A stretch of 64,000 nucleotides of DNA from Octopus sinensis. Taxonomy: Eukaryota. The position numbers were made by a program, and so were the translations under genes. This document shows, piece after piece, positions 12,480 to 24,313 of the stretch. Positions within the stretch are counted from its first letter, which is position 1; the number at the start of each line of letters is the position of its first letter. Where the stretch lies: positions 34,038,001 to 34,102,000 of the forward strand of contig NC_043003.1 of assembly GCF_006345805.1 (NCBI RefSeq), given 5' to 3'. The notes under the pieces were generated by a model. The model was not told the origin of the DNA. It did no database searches and saw nothing but the letters and a program-made list of their open reading frames with translations.

Positions 12480-13190
12480 GTGTAACGAAGATTATCAAAG
12501 AGGTTCTAGTAATGAATAAAAGCCTGATTCTCCTTTCTTCTCTTGTATCTGTAGCTTTGTGTATCAGAAATTGATCTTTACAACTTCATGGCATTCTAGC
12601 ATCCTTTTTGCTTCTTTCTAGTCGAGCATTTATTCTTTAATATATTACTGTGAAGACTTTGATATTCTAGGAAAGCAATATATGGCTCTGTGTGGTTTGG
12701 GATTCGTTGGTTCTTAAATTTTGGATCTGAACCTGTTCCTCATTTAGTGGGATACTCAAGTACTGTTTCTAAATTATTTGCCTGTCAAAGTTTTTAACCA
12801 GACAGTTGGAAATTTAACATTTTCCGATATTTTCCATTTGCTAATTTAACTTTTCTTCTCTTACCTGCATTTGTTCTTGCACTGAAATTCTTTTCATCAT
12901 TGTTTGATTATGTGCTTGTTATTCTTAAGATTCTTGCCTTTGGCAATTTATCTGCTGTCCACTCTACCCTAATCTTATGATTTTCTTGCTGTTGGTGAAG
13001 TATTCATTTTTGCTTCGTTTTACAATCAAGTTCTTAGTAAAATCTTGGTTTCTGGTTTAAGGCAAATTGCTTGTTTTGTTCAAAGAAATGTTGTCGCTTT
13101 TCATAAGGTTTGATTCTTTGTGTTTCAGTAAGGCTGTCTTGTTTTGGATGTTCTTTGATTCCGGTTATAGCTTTTTGTTTTACGTAGTAT
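12480..13190 (-). mobile_element. R4/Dong-clade LINE fragment (pre-RT region and start of RT)
   Basis: Minus-strand peptides QRIKPYEKRQHFFEQNKQFALNQK and KWKISENVKFPTVWLKTLT, matching the RIRRYEKR...QNKQF and NWKAPG...FWLK motifs of this clade. Confidence 0.6.
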
Positions 13191-13246
13191 TTTTGAAGAA
13201 TTTGTCCCCCTTAAAATTTTTCCTTCCCACCCATCTACCGTTTATG

Positions 13247-13262
13247 ATTATTGTTGTTGTTG

Positions 13263-13318
<56 letters not shown>

Positions 13319-13362
13319 GGTGTTGTTGTTGTTGTTGTTGTTGTTGATGATGCTGCTGTTGT
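13247..13362. repeat. (GTT)n(ATT)n microsatellite, the 3' tail of the adjacent R4 element
   Basis: Directly visible; abuts the R4 3' UTR on the minus strand. Confidence 0.95.
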
Positions 13363-13850
13363 TGTTATCGAGCTAGTGCATGCTAATTTCATTCGCAGGT
13401 GTGTTAGCTTATCTTGAAATTTGGTGACAGCATGTCTCCTCAACTCTCAAGAATCTTACTGAGATTCTTGCAGAATATAGGATGGTACTTTTCTGTGGGT
13501 CAATAATGCGAGTCTTAATTCAATCCTTTTGGTAGCATTATGACTGGTGTATCAATTACACCAAGTACCATAGGAGTAACTGTTGATTTAGTCTCCCACA
13601 GTCTCTTCTGGTCTCTGGCTAGATCCCTATGTTGTTTTTTTAAATTTCTTTGGTATCGAGTGTTTCCTTATTTTGTCCTCTATAATCATGTCTGGCCATA
13701 TTGTTTCAATATTATCATCAGTCTTTATGAGGAAGTCCCATAAGATCCTGTATTTCTCATTCTCTATCACAGCTTCTGCTTCAGGTTCATACAAGTTTCC
13801 TGTTACTTCGAAGCCACTTACTCGGTTAACATCTCAATGCGCTCTTTTTT
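13363..13850 (-). mobile_element. R4/Dong-clade LINE 3' end (restriction-like endonuclease region and 3' UTR)
   Basis: Minus-strand YEPEAEAVIENEKYRILWDFLIKTDDNIETIWPDMII and LWETKSTVTPMVLGVIDT...KNLSKILES*, typical of the C-terminus of REL-endonuclease LINEs. Confidence 0.8.
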
Positions 13851-13883
13851 CCATACAGCTATGCCTGCGCTTATATATATATA

Positions 13884-14481
13884 TATATATTTGCTACTTA
13901 AATGTAGCTGACCCATATGGAACGATGCTTGTAGTTTATACCCCAAGGAAGACAACTCCGCTAGCGGGCTAACGCCACACTGTCTCTGCCCGATCAGTAT
14001 CTGCGAAGAGAAATTCTCGTTCCCATCTCCAGCCTGACGTGATACACACGGTCCCGGGTTTCTGTGAAGTAACCCGTCTTCAGCGTGTAACAATCACCGG
14101 CTAGGGTGATTCCGAACGCAAAATACTATATGCTTTTTCCAGTGAAAAACCGTCGCTGATATAAAAAAAGTAGAAACAAGCAACAATTAATCTCTGAGTG
14201 AGAATTAAACAGTAGCAGGATCACGTTGTAAAGTATGTGTTTGCGTTCGAAATCACTTCTCATCCCTAGCCAGTGATTGCCACACGCTGATGGCGGGTTA
14301 CTACCCAGAAACCTGGGTCTGTGTATATCACGTCAGACTAGAGATAGGAACGATGATATTCTTTCACAAATACTGATCGGGCAGAGTGTGTCGTTAGCCA
14401 GCTGGCGGAGATGTCTTCCAAGGGCTAGAAGCTCAATAACATCGTCCCATATGGGTTAGTCACATTTAGGTGGAAAATATA
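13884..14481. mobile_element. Fold-back/MITE-like element with ~245 bp imperfect inverted arms and ~100 bp spacer
   Basis: 13884-14128 is the diverged reverse complement of 14231-14481 (acttaaatgtagctgacccatatgg / ccatatgggttagtcacatttaggt; ctgcccgatcagtat / atactgatcgggcag); flanked by (TA)n. Confidence 0.85.
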
Positions 14482-14488
14482 CTTCACA

Positions 14489-14571
<83 letters not shown>

Positions 14572-15099
14572 TATATATATATCGAACTACGAAGGGCAAA
14601 GCAGACCTTCACAAAGCAAGGGAGGTAAGTAGACCTTTCCCATCTCACTTTAGCCATATTAAGAGTAGGAAATAGGGAGCTAGTAGTGATTTCGGAAGTG
14701 ACTCTTAGGGAGAGCAAATGATCCGAGCATAGCGATTGGAATAGCCCTTGACCAAGATGATTACGTAGACCGAGATACTGACGGTGCTCTTAGAAATGGA
14801 AAAGCGAAAGACGTTCTATGAATATGAGTGGGATGTGTGAGATTTAAAGAAATATCACCAAGGTTCTATATAGTGTTCTAAGCACCGTAGCAGTCTGCTG
14901 CGACTCTCAACAGAAGTTCTTAAATACAAATGAAAACCATTAAACACACAGAAATCACTGAGTGGCTGATCATGAGCAAATCGCTTCTTTCTGGCTTCTA
15001 CATACTTGAATTGTTCTCTTTTGAATCGTAGGCGTCTATCACAGCTATTACAAGCAGTAATGGAATTGGAATATTTCCACCAGTTTGAACCAGAGTGAG

Positions 15100-15460
15100 T
15101 TGGTACTAACAAGAAATGGTGAGAACAACTGTGACATGAAACATAATTCCAATGCAGATTAAAAGATTTTGGTCAAAGTGCTCATAACAATGTAGGCGTT
15201 GATGATTAGTTTGGTTTTTTTAATTTTCGCTGGTATAGCAGTGTCTTGTGCAAGTTACTGAAGATGTAGCCAAGGAAAGTTATCTCATGCAATACATTAT
15301 AGAGAGAGTTTTTAATAATTCTATCTTCGAAGAGATCGGATTAAAACAAAAGATCTTCCTTGACACTAAAACTTTTAGCAGGGTCAATCGTCGTTGGGCA
15401 ACGAAATGTACTCAGTGGTTAGTAATAGACCCTGTCCAAAGAGTTTTTATTCATATGTTC
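15100..15460 (+). mobile_element. Highly decayed L1/Tx1-type RT relic
   Basis: NAD*KILVKVL (~15150) and FLDTKTFSRVNRRW (~15360) resemble the LNADYKILAKVL and SLDQSKAFDRVDHRY RT motifs. Confidence 0.4.
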
Positions 15461-16705
15461 GCTTTGTTAGTTGGGAACCTTCTTATCATTCCTGTACATT
15501 TTGGCAACTATTCTTACCTGAGTTAGTTATCATACGAATCATTCTTATCGAACTAGGACTCATGAGAGGTGTATCATTTTATACGAGCGCAGTCAAGGTA
15601 TAGGACACTTCAGAAAATGAGTTGGTCGACACCACACTCAAGAAATAGGAGTTGTTATCAAACTCCTCATTGGTTAGGACAAGCTAGTTTGTTTGCAGTT
15701 TAGGATAGGCTTATGTAAGCTCGTTTCTATCGTGCACTACGTCAGTGAAGATACTTCTGTTCTGGTTCGTTCCACATTTCCAGGTAGATTGGTAGATTGG
15801 TAGTAAAATAAAATGTTTTGAAAAAGTGTCACCCTAAGCCAGAAATTACCTCGGACGAGTAGTAATGCGAACTTGCGACTTCCATCTTGACTATGATAGC
15901 CAACCTCTGCTAAGTAAAATTTTATGCAATTCTAAGCAAATCCATTACAACGTTTGTGTATTCTGCGATTGACGAATTGAATTGACGTGTCTTGTGCAAA
16001 ATTTCCTAGCCATTTTAAGTAAAGGACACGTGAATCTAATTTCTATAAGCAACAAATGATAATGTGTCAGCTAGAATGACGTAATGCATTGTACAGATTC
16101 TTCTATTTGTGTGAAACTCCAATGTGTATTTGATTTATCGGGCTGTATGCACCTTTTATCAGCAGTACACACGACCTTGCACAGCATCTTTCATCAAATA
16201 ATCTTCAGTGTTTCGAGGAAACAAAGATAAAGGCTTGAGAGAAATATTGCATCTGAAGTTGTTTGACCTTTCACACGTATTAATGTGTTGAGTGAACAAA
16301 CTGTTCTAAGACTTCCAAATTATCTGCACTTATTAGTAGTTAAATAAGGTAAGGAATGTGCTGAGATAAAACTAATTTAATAAAGGATTGGTCGTTATGA
16401 AAGACTGGACAGCTTGGAATAAGAAATAAACTAAGCAGGGTACAATGAGATTTCCATCTTCCTCTAATGGGGAAGAGAGAATTCTGACGGAAATCTTGCG
16501 AGCATTCATTTATTAAAACAGAATCGTTGTATCACGTATGAAACTTTATATAATCCAAGATTGATTTACATGAAAACACGCACACACGAACGCATGCGCA
16601 CACACACTCATGTGTAGGCATGTATGTGTATGAGTACACACACACACACACACACAAATACATACTTATATACATGCATATCACACATGTGCATGTATAC
16701 TGACA

Positions 16706-16753
<48 letters not shown>

Positions 16754-16802
16754 TATATGATATATAGTGTGTGAACGATGACTGGTGTGTGCGTGTGTTT
16801 GT

Positions 16803-16935
16803 GTGTGTGAACATGTGCGATCTAGTCGACCGAGCGTTTGGCTCATGACTATAAGGTTGTAGGTTCTGTTCTTGGACTGGGCGGTACCTTAAGTCTTTCA
16901 GCAAAGTGCTTAATTTTACGCTACCCCAACCTAAT
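16803..16935 (+). mobile_element. Degenerate tRNA-derived SINE head and body
   Basis: ggctcatgactataaggttgtaggttctgttcttggactgggcgg...ctttcagcaaagtgcttaattt resembles the family B head. Confidence 0.5.
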
Positions 16936-17392
16936 GAGCAATTTCTGAGTAAAATTACTACCAAACGAATGGTCATGCAAATCTCTCTGCGTCCAACTTC
17001 GCATATCGCTTGGCGGCAGAGAGGGTCGAAAATTAGCCTCTTTTCTTGCGTCTACATAAACACCTTCAGCAATTGATGAAATCTTAGTACATATTACTAA
17101 GCAATGTTCAGCAGCATATTGTGACCACTTACTGTTGAGTAGTCCTTTTCTCCCTCTTCTTCACTCTCTCCATCTCTGTCATTGTTTCTGTCTCTGCATG
17201 TATTGTGTGTGTGTTGTGTGTGTGTGCGTGTGTGTGTGTGTGTAAATACATATATATATATAAAAACTTGGAGAAGAGAAATAGAGAAATAACGCGTGCG
17301 TTCGGTCATATAGTATTATAATAAATAAGTAAAACATATATGCATATATACATACATATATGTACATACTTACATCTACATGTATATATACA

Positions 17393-17448
<56 letters not shown>

Positions 17449-17494
17449 ACACAAGCATATATGATATATATATATATATTATATATATATATAT

Positions 17495-17525
<31 letters not shown>

Positions 17526-17541
17526 ACAACACAAGCATATA

Positions 17542-17584
<43 letters not shown>

Positions 17585-17623
17585 GTACACACACACACAA
17601 TACATGCAGGGACAGAAACAATG

Positions 17624-17762
17624 ACAAGGCGCTAAACATAGAGAGGAAAAACAAGGACAAACAAAGGGATTAAATCGATTACATCGACCCCAGTGCGAAA
17701 CTGGTACTTTATTTATCGACCCCGAAAGAATGAAAGGCGAAGTCGACCTCAGCGGAATTTGA
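17624..17762 (-). mobile_element. 5'-truncated family A SINE
   Basis: gctaaacatagagagg...atcgaccccagtgcgaaactggtac...gtcgacctcagcggaatttga. Confidence 0.85.
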
Positions 17763-17769
17763 CACAAAA

Positions 17770-18880
17770 GTCAAAAGTATTAGTATTTGTTAGGGTGTTG
17801 TGTGTGCGTCTGTGTGTGCGCGTATGTTTGTGTTTTGTGTTGGTGGGAATGTTAAGTGTGTGTACGTGAGTGTGTGTGTGTGTGTTTCTGTCTGAGTATG
17901 CTTGTGTTTTTATAATTGTCCTGGTGGTGCTGGTGCTCTGTGTGTGTGTGTGAGCAACCATATGTGTGTGAGGCTACATATGTATGTGTGTGGGTATGGG
18001 TGGGGATGTATGTGTGTGTGTGTGTGTTGTATTTATCAAGGGTTCTGTGTGTATGCGTGTATGTTGGGTTTATCCGGGTGGTGTGTATATGTGTACGTGT
18101 ACGTTCTGTGCATGTTGTTACTGATTATGCGTTTGTGTGTGTATGTATACATGTGGGTATTGTTTATGTAGTTTCCGGTTGTGTGTGCACATGTATGTGT
18201 GTGCTGTATTTGTGAGTGGTTTGTTTTGTCGGTACTGTTAGTTCACTGTGTGTGTATACGTGTGGGTGTGTTTGTGTGAGTGAGTCTATGTGTCTTCTAT
18301 TTGTCGGGGCGGTCTGTGTCATTGTCTGTGTGCATGCTTGTGTGTATGTGTGTATGTCTGTGTTTGTGAGTGTTTATTGTAATTGTTGGGATTGTATTGT
18401 GTGTATATGTGTTTATTTTTTCTTTTGAGTGTGTGCGCGTGATTCTTTTACCGGGGAACGGGCATATTCCTTTTGTGTGTGTGTGTACATATGTATGCAT
18501 ATATGCATGTGTGGGGGGTTTTGTTGTATTTGCGTGTTGTGTGTGTATCTGTGTATGTGTGAGTGTGTTTGTGTGAGTGTGATTTGTGATTGTCAGAGTG
18601 GTGTGTGTAGGTGTGTGCATGTACGTGTTTACGTATGTGAGTGTTGGTTATGTTTGCTAGAATCGTATTGCAAGTGTATATATGTATGTGTTTTTTCTTG
18701 GAATGTGTGTGTGGGTTTGTGCTGAAGTGTGGGGATATTGTGTTTGTGCGTGCGTGCATATGAATGTGTGTGTGTTTGTGTGGGAGGTTTGCATTGTATT
18801 TGTGTATGCGTGATTTTGTACATATGTACGTGATTTTGTTTGTGTTTGTTGTGGGTGTGTACCTGGGAGCACGTTAGAGT
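17770..18880. repeat. ~1.1 kb degenerate (TG)-rich low-complexity tract
   Basis: Continuous imperfect TG/TGTA repeats; source of the many Cys/Val and His/Thr ORFs. Confidence 0.9.
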
Positions 18881-19069
18881 ATGTTGAGTTTTGGTCTGTA
18901 TTTTTGAATAAAATTATTTTCGCCATATATTCATGTTTGGTCAATGGTGTTGTCTGGGCGTTGGTATAGTGGGAAAACTAGGAATTTGGGGGATTTGTTT
19001 TGTACACAGAGATCTAAGTGACCACTAAGTGGTATTTGTCTTGTGGTGGGAGTTCCTCAATTGTTGGCG

Positions 19070-19094
19070 ATGGACTATCATCCTTTCTCTGAGG
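19070..19094 (+). CDS. Candidate coding exon (MDYHPFSE, ends in phase 1) of an unidentified gene
   Basis: ggcgATGg context; GAG G|gtaaga donor at 19095; phase matches the exon at 19249 across a 154 bp GT-AG intron. Confidence 0.35.
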
Positions 19095-19248
19095 GTAAGA
19101 CTCGTTTGCCCTACGTAATATTGTGGCACACTTCTCACCTTATGGCATGAGTAAATTCTTTATGACTCTCAATTGACATTCTGTGAAAGTTTCCGACACC
19201 TGTGCCCCTTATATAAAAGATATCGAAGTTAACCATTGCAAATTGCAG

Positions 19249-19329
19249 CTTCAAGAACCCAGATATTCTCTGAAGCAAGCGTGTTAGCTCAGTCGCCCTA
19301 CGAAGTCGAAGTCATCTCTGTCCCGCCAA
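19249..19329 (+). CDS. Candidate 81 nt phase 1-1 exon (xSRTQIFSEASVLAQSPYEVEVISVPP)
   Basis: ttaaccattgcaaattgcag| acceptor and caa|gtaacg donor; length divisible by 3; only one of three frames is open. Confidence 0.4.
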
Positions 19330-20693
19330 GTAACGGGACAGAAACAAAATTATATGGAACTATTCGAAAGTGACTTTAAGGTAACATACGCCAACAACCA
19401 GTTTTCTCGCAAACAAGCCATATCTGGATCCAAATGAACAATAATATGCGTCACACTATCAATAAGAGCATCGTTGAGATATCTAACCATACATTAATGG
19501 GTCAAAAAGGAACAGGTTTTATACAGCTGAAAGAAACGCATCCTTACTGGATCGTTGAACTGCAACCATCTTCAAAACGTAAGACCAGAATTTTTACAAG
19601 ATACATGCCTCTCGACAAATTTCTATTATCTAACACAAAACCGTCCACTCATTATTCCGGAATAGTCACACAATTTATCGAGCTTAAATATTTTCCCCAT
19701 TCAAACACGCCGCCTAAGCATAGTTTCTGGATAGCTTTATTCTATACATTTAATTTTTTAGAAGCAGAAAGACTTAGCATTAGCAATGTTACGGGACATA
19801 ACCTTTATTCTCCGTTCGTTTACAGTTTTCCGATCATTTTTCTCATAACTTATTTCTTTTCTCGTTATTTCTCGCATTTCCTCACGAGTAATCGCGCCGG
19901 ATCATGCAAGATACGCTACAAAAGTCCGTCCAGCTATTGTACTACATACGTATGAAACATAAATTAACTCATCTATAAAAACTACTGCATCTATTAAATA
20001 AATAATATACATGTATGGATACAGATTTATGCATATAAAATACATACATGTATATATTAACTTCTGCACGTCTATGTGTGTGTGAGTGTGTATGTATATA
20101 CATATATACATATATATGTATGTATATGTGTGTGTATATATATATATACATATATATCTATGTATACATATATATATATATATGTATATTTATCTATCTA
20201 TCTATATTTATATCTATATATATATCTATATCTATATCTCTTATGATAAAAGGCAGATTTTCTCTGCCTGTTCCCATGTTTCTTTTTAATACAATTCTAC
20301 AATATAGAATTTCTTCAATTGGAATTTACCTATGATTTTTCCTAGTAGATTCGATTGGGTGATGGCATATCACTATTGCATTCACCATCATCACCACCAC
20401 CGTCATCACCATCATTATCAAGATATAACTTTGTATTTTGTATTTTATGGGTAGATGTATATATACAGATGTACATATAATATGTACACATATATATACA
20501 CATACATATATGCATAATATATCTACCCATACACACATACGCACACACACACACACATACATAGAGGCAGGTGTGGCTGTGTGGTAACAAACTACGTTCC
20601 AAACACATGGTCCTGGGTTCATGTACATATATACATACATACATACATACATACATACATACATACATACATACATACATACATGTGTGTGTG

Positions 20694-20725
<32 letters not shown>

Positions 20726-20742
20726 TAATGTGTGTGTGTTTA

Positions 20743-21134
20743 TCTCTCTCTATATAAAGCTGAAGTTGTCTGTGTGCGCCAGGTTTGGTAACCTTTAACT
20801 AACACTATCTCCTCCGTGACCCTGCGGCGCCATTTGACCAAAATTGAGAGTATGATAGAAGAAGGGTTGCTCTTCCTTTCGAAGAAGATAAAATTAAAAT
20901 CGGACCATGTTAACACCAAAAATTATTTAAATCAAAAAGGTGCTTTTTTCTATGAAAATCCCTATTTTTTTACGATTTTTTCACTGCTTTGTCGACACTT
21001 TTCGGTGCATTTCAACCAGAAAAATGTTCACTTGAAGAGAATAACATGCTACATAATGCAAAATTTTTACTTTTCAAAAATTCCAATTCCAGCGGGTCGA
21101 AACAAACGCGAGCAACGCCGGGCGATACTGCTAG
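20743..21134 (+). mobile_element. Non-autonomous Helitron
   Basis: A|TCtctctctatataaag 5' end; subterminal GC-rich hairpin region cgcgagcaacgccgggcg; 3' CTAG|T; A|T target, no TSD. Confidence 0.85.
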
Positions 21135-21143
21135 TATATATAT

Positions 21144-21175
<32 letters not shown>

Positions 21176-22044
21176 ATATAATATATATATACATACATAC
21201 ATACATACATACATACATACAAACATACATACATACATACATACATACATACATACACGTACATACTGAGAGATATATGTTGCCTTACATATATACGTAC
21301 ACGCGCACACTCACGCACACAAACACACACTCACGATCTTCACCGCGAAATACGAGCTTATGTTTTTCTGAATAAATATTTATTAAAAAAATTTTAGTGT
21401 TTTTTTCCTTCATTATTTATTTTCGTCTTTATTTATTAACATTTATTTTTCTTTACAATTCATATCTATATTACTGATATTTCAACACGTTTGCCGTTAA
21501 CATTTCCATATAAACTTTTCAACCTGGGGTTGAAATAAAAATTCTACTGTAAGAAAATTATTATTCATACATTTGAAAGTATATATTTTGAATAGGATGT
21601 CTATAATAAAAATAAAAGCAGAAAATAAGCGATTTTTTTTTATCATCATTTTCTCTTTACAAATATTCTGTTCAGTTTCCCGAGTGAAATATTTCTAAAT
21701 TTCTCCGATGCCTCGAGGCACTCAGACTTCATAGCACTTTACCATTGTTATTGTTTCCTGGTTTAGTTTGAAAGTTAAGATATATTTCGCTATGGTACTT
21801 GCCATAGATTACAGCTTATTAAGAGATTAATACGATTTTTTTCCTTATTGATGTTTCAGTATTGGAGGTTTTGTTGTACCAGAAGTTGTAGGGTGCTGGA
21901 CAGTAATGCCTGGAGGTATTTAGTATGCAACTATTTACATACCTTTTACATTCTGAATTCAAATACCACTAGCATTGACTTTATATTATTTTTAATCATC
22001 GTGGTTTTGATACGATGAGTACCAGTGATGTAAACGATTGAATT

Positions 22045-22119
<75 letters not shown>

Positions 22120-22559
22120 ATTGTTGTTGTTGTTTTTGTTGTTGTTGTTGTTGTTGTTGCCTTTGCATAGCTTCTAATGCTGGAGACGAACTACAGCGTC
22201 GGCTCTTTACTACCAGTGAACTAAGGAAACCTCCCCTTATTTTTCGAGTGCTATTTTCTGCAAGTGGTCCACCCTTATTGCAGCCCCATATATCCTATGT
22301 ATATATGTATGTAGTATATATATATATATATATATATAAGAGATAATGGTGTCATTGAGCCCCAAAGGTGTCAGGTAATGCTGAATAACTCCTATAGACA
22401 GACCATAGTTAAGTTCCAGGTTTGGTAATATTGCGAATACACGGTTCCACATTGGTTCTATGTCAACGTGTGTATATATGATTTTTTGCATAATGAGATA
22501 GAAAAAACCCAAAGCAATAACTCATATTAAACTCTGTTGGACTTTTGGATTTGGCTCAA

Positions 22560-22810
22560 AGGATATTGAGATTTTACACATATATACCATTATGCCTATA
22601 AAACGGATTTACGAATTCAATAACCATACATATCTTACATTTATTTTATTTTCTCCACCTCACTCACTATTTCTATCACATCGAAACAAACTATGAGTTA
22701 ATTCTTCCTCTCACACCGTCTACGATGAAGGGATATTATTAATAATTATCCTAGAAACAGCTGTAAGACCTATCTATAAATGTTCTAATATCTATACAGC
22801 CTTGTTTTTT
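22560..22810 (+). mobile_element. Penelope-like terminal-repeat remnant with a mutated hammerhead-like core (22718-22769)
   Basis: gtct-ACGATGA-agggata...tatccta-GAAAC-agct-GTA-agac: palindromic stem III and stem I gtct/agac, but the CUGA core is altered. Confidence 0.45.
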
Positions 22811-22857
22811 TTAATCTTATTACGCAAAAAATTCATAAATGTATATATATATATATC

Positions 22858-22902
<45 letters not shown>

Positions 22903-22924
22903 CATATATATGTACATATATGTA

Positions 22925-23215
22925 GAAGACCCCCTTCGTTCATGAATGACCATAGGATTGCACCTAAAAAGTTAACCTCGGAGGCCCATGTCCGGGTAAG
23001 GCTGTTTGTGGCGGCCCATCAGTCGCCCATGCATGCCAGCCTACCCTCTCCACACCACTGATGTTATCAAAGGGAAAGACAAAAGGACCGATACATCTTG
23101 CCACTAGTGATGTCGCAACTCATTTCTACACCTGAGTGAACTGGAGCAGCGTAAAATAAAGTGTTTTGCTCAAGAACACAACACGCAGCCCGGTGCGGGA
23201 ATCGAACTCAACCTC
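22925..23215 (-). mobile_element. tRNA-derived SINE with an RTE-like 3' region (family D)
   Basis: Reverse complement has tgaggttgagttcgattcccgcaccgggctgcgtgttgtgttcttgagcaaaacactttatt...gctccagttcactcag. Confidence 0.75.
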
Positions 23216-23407
23216 ACATTATAGATATATATGCACGTACTATTTATACAGTACATAAATATATATATATGGTATATATAATCTTAATACGGAGCAAATA
23301 ATTCAGCAGAAAATATTTGCGAAGATATTGTTGACTCTATTATTCTCTAGTGTAACAATTAAAAATGATAATTTTAATCCTTCAGATATACAGTATATAT
23401 ATAAATA

Positions 23408-23448
<41 letters not shown>

Positions 23449-23507
23449 TATTTATGTATATATATATATATACAGACACACATATATATATATATACAGA
23501 CACACAC

Positions 23508-23556
<49 letters not shown>

Positions 23557-23837
23557 GTATTTATATATTTATAAATATATATGCATATATAAATATTTAC
23601 ACATACATGTATTATATATGTAAACTATACATATCATATATATCATATATATATAATATATATATAATATATATATATAATTTATATATATATATACTAA
23701 TATAAAAAAAATATATATATGAAATATATATATCATATACATTATATATATATATATCATATATATATGATATACATATCATTTATACATATAATCGTAT
23801 ATCTCTGAGCGAGAGATATACACTAACAATACCAGAT

Positions 23838-24239
23838 AGTAATGATTATGCCAACATAACGTGGCAATACTCTAAAGGACGATGTTACTGTTGTTTTAGC
23901 ACCCGAAAAACATCTTTTCCAGTTGGCTAATGACTCACACTCTGTATCCGTATATAGTATGTGCAATGGTGTCATCGCTTCCATCTATAACCTTACATGA
24001 TTCTCACAGACCAAGGTGTTGATTGTCTCATACTGAGGACAGATAACATCCAGAAATCTAGGCTTGTGAGTATCACGTAAGGCTAGAGATGGGAGCGATG
24101 ACCTCCCTTGCAAATGGCACATACGGACACAGACTAAGTATCATTAGCCAGCTAGAAGAAAATGTTTTCCTGGGGCTAAAACAAGAGTAACATTGTCCTT
24201 TAGAGGACTGCCATGTTATGTTGGCATATAAACATTACT
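23838..24239. mobile_element. ~400 bp palindromic fold-back element
   Basis: agtaatgattatgccaacataac...ctctaaaggac mirrors gtcctttagagg...gttatgttggcatataaacattact; pairing continues inward to a loop of about 5 nt near 24027-24031. Confidence 0.85.
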
Positions 24240-24313
24240 AAATATAATTTTTTTCTCTCCTTGTTTTCTGTGTCCCTTTCTGTAGAAGAGCGTAGGCTCG
24301 AATCGTAAAAGAC

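Noticed and set aside
19434-19955. 173 aa non-repetitive ORF
   Set aside because: No recognisable domain, AT-rich intron-like composition and no splice context; one such ORF in 64 kb is plausible by chance.
22237-22512. Minus-strand ORF ending HYLTPLGLND, like a GIY-YIG tail
   Set aside because: Only the P.GLN motif matches; upstream residues do not fit the pattern.
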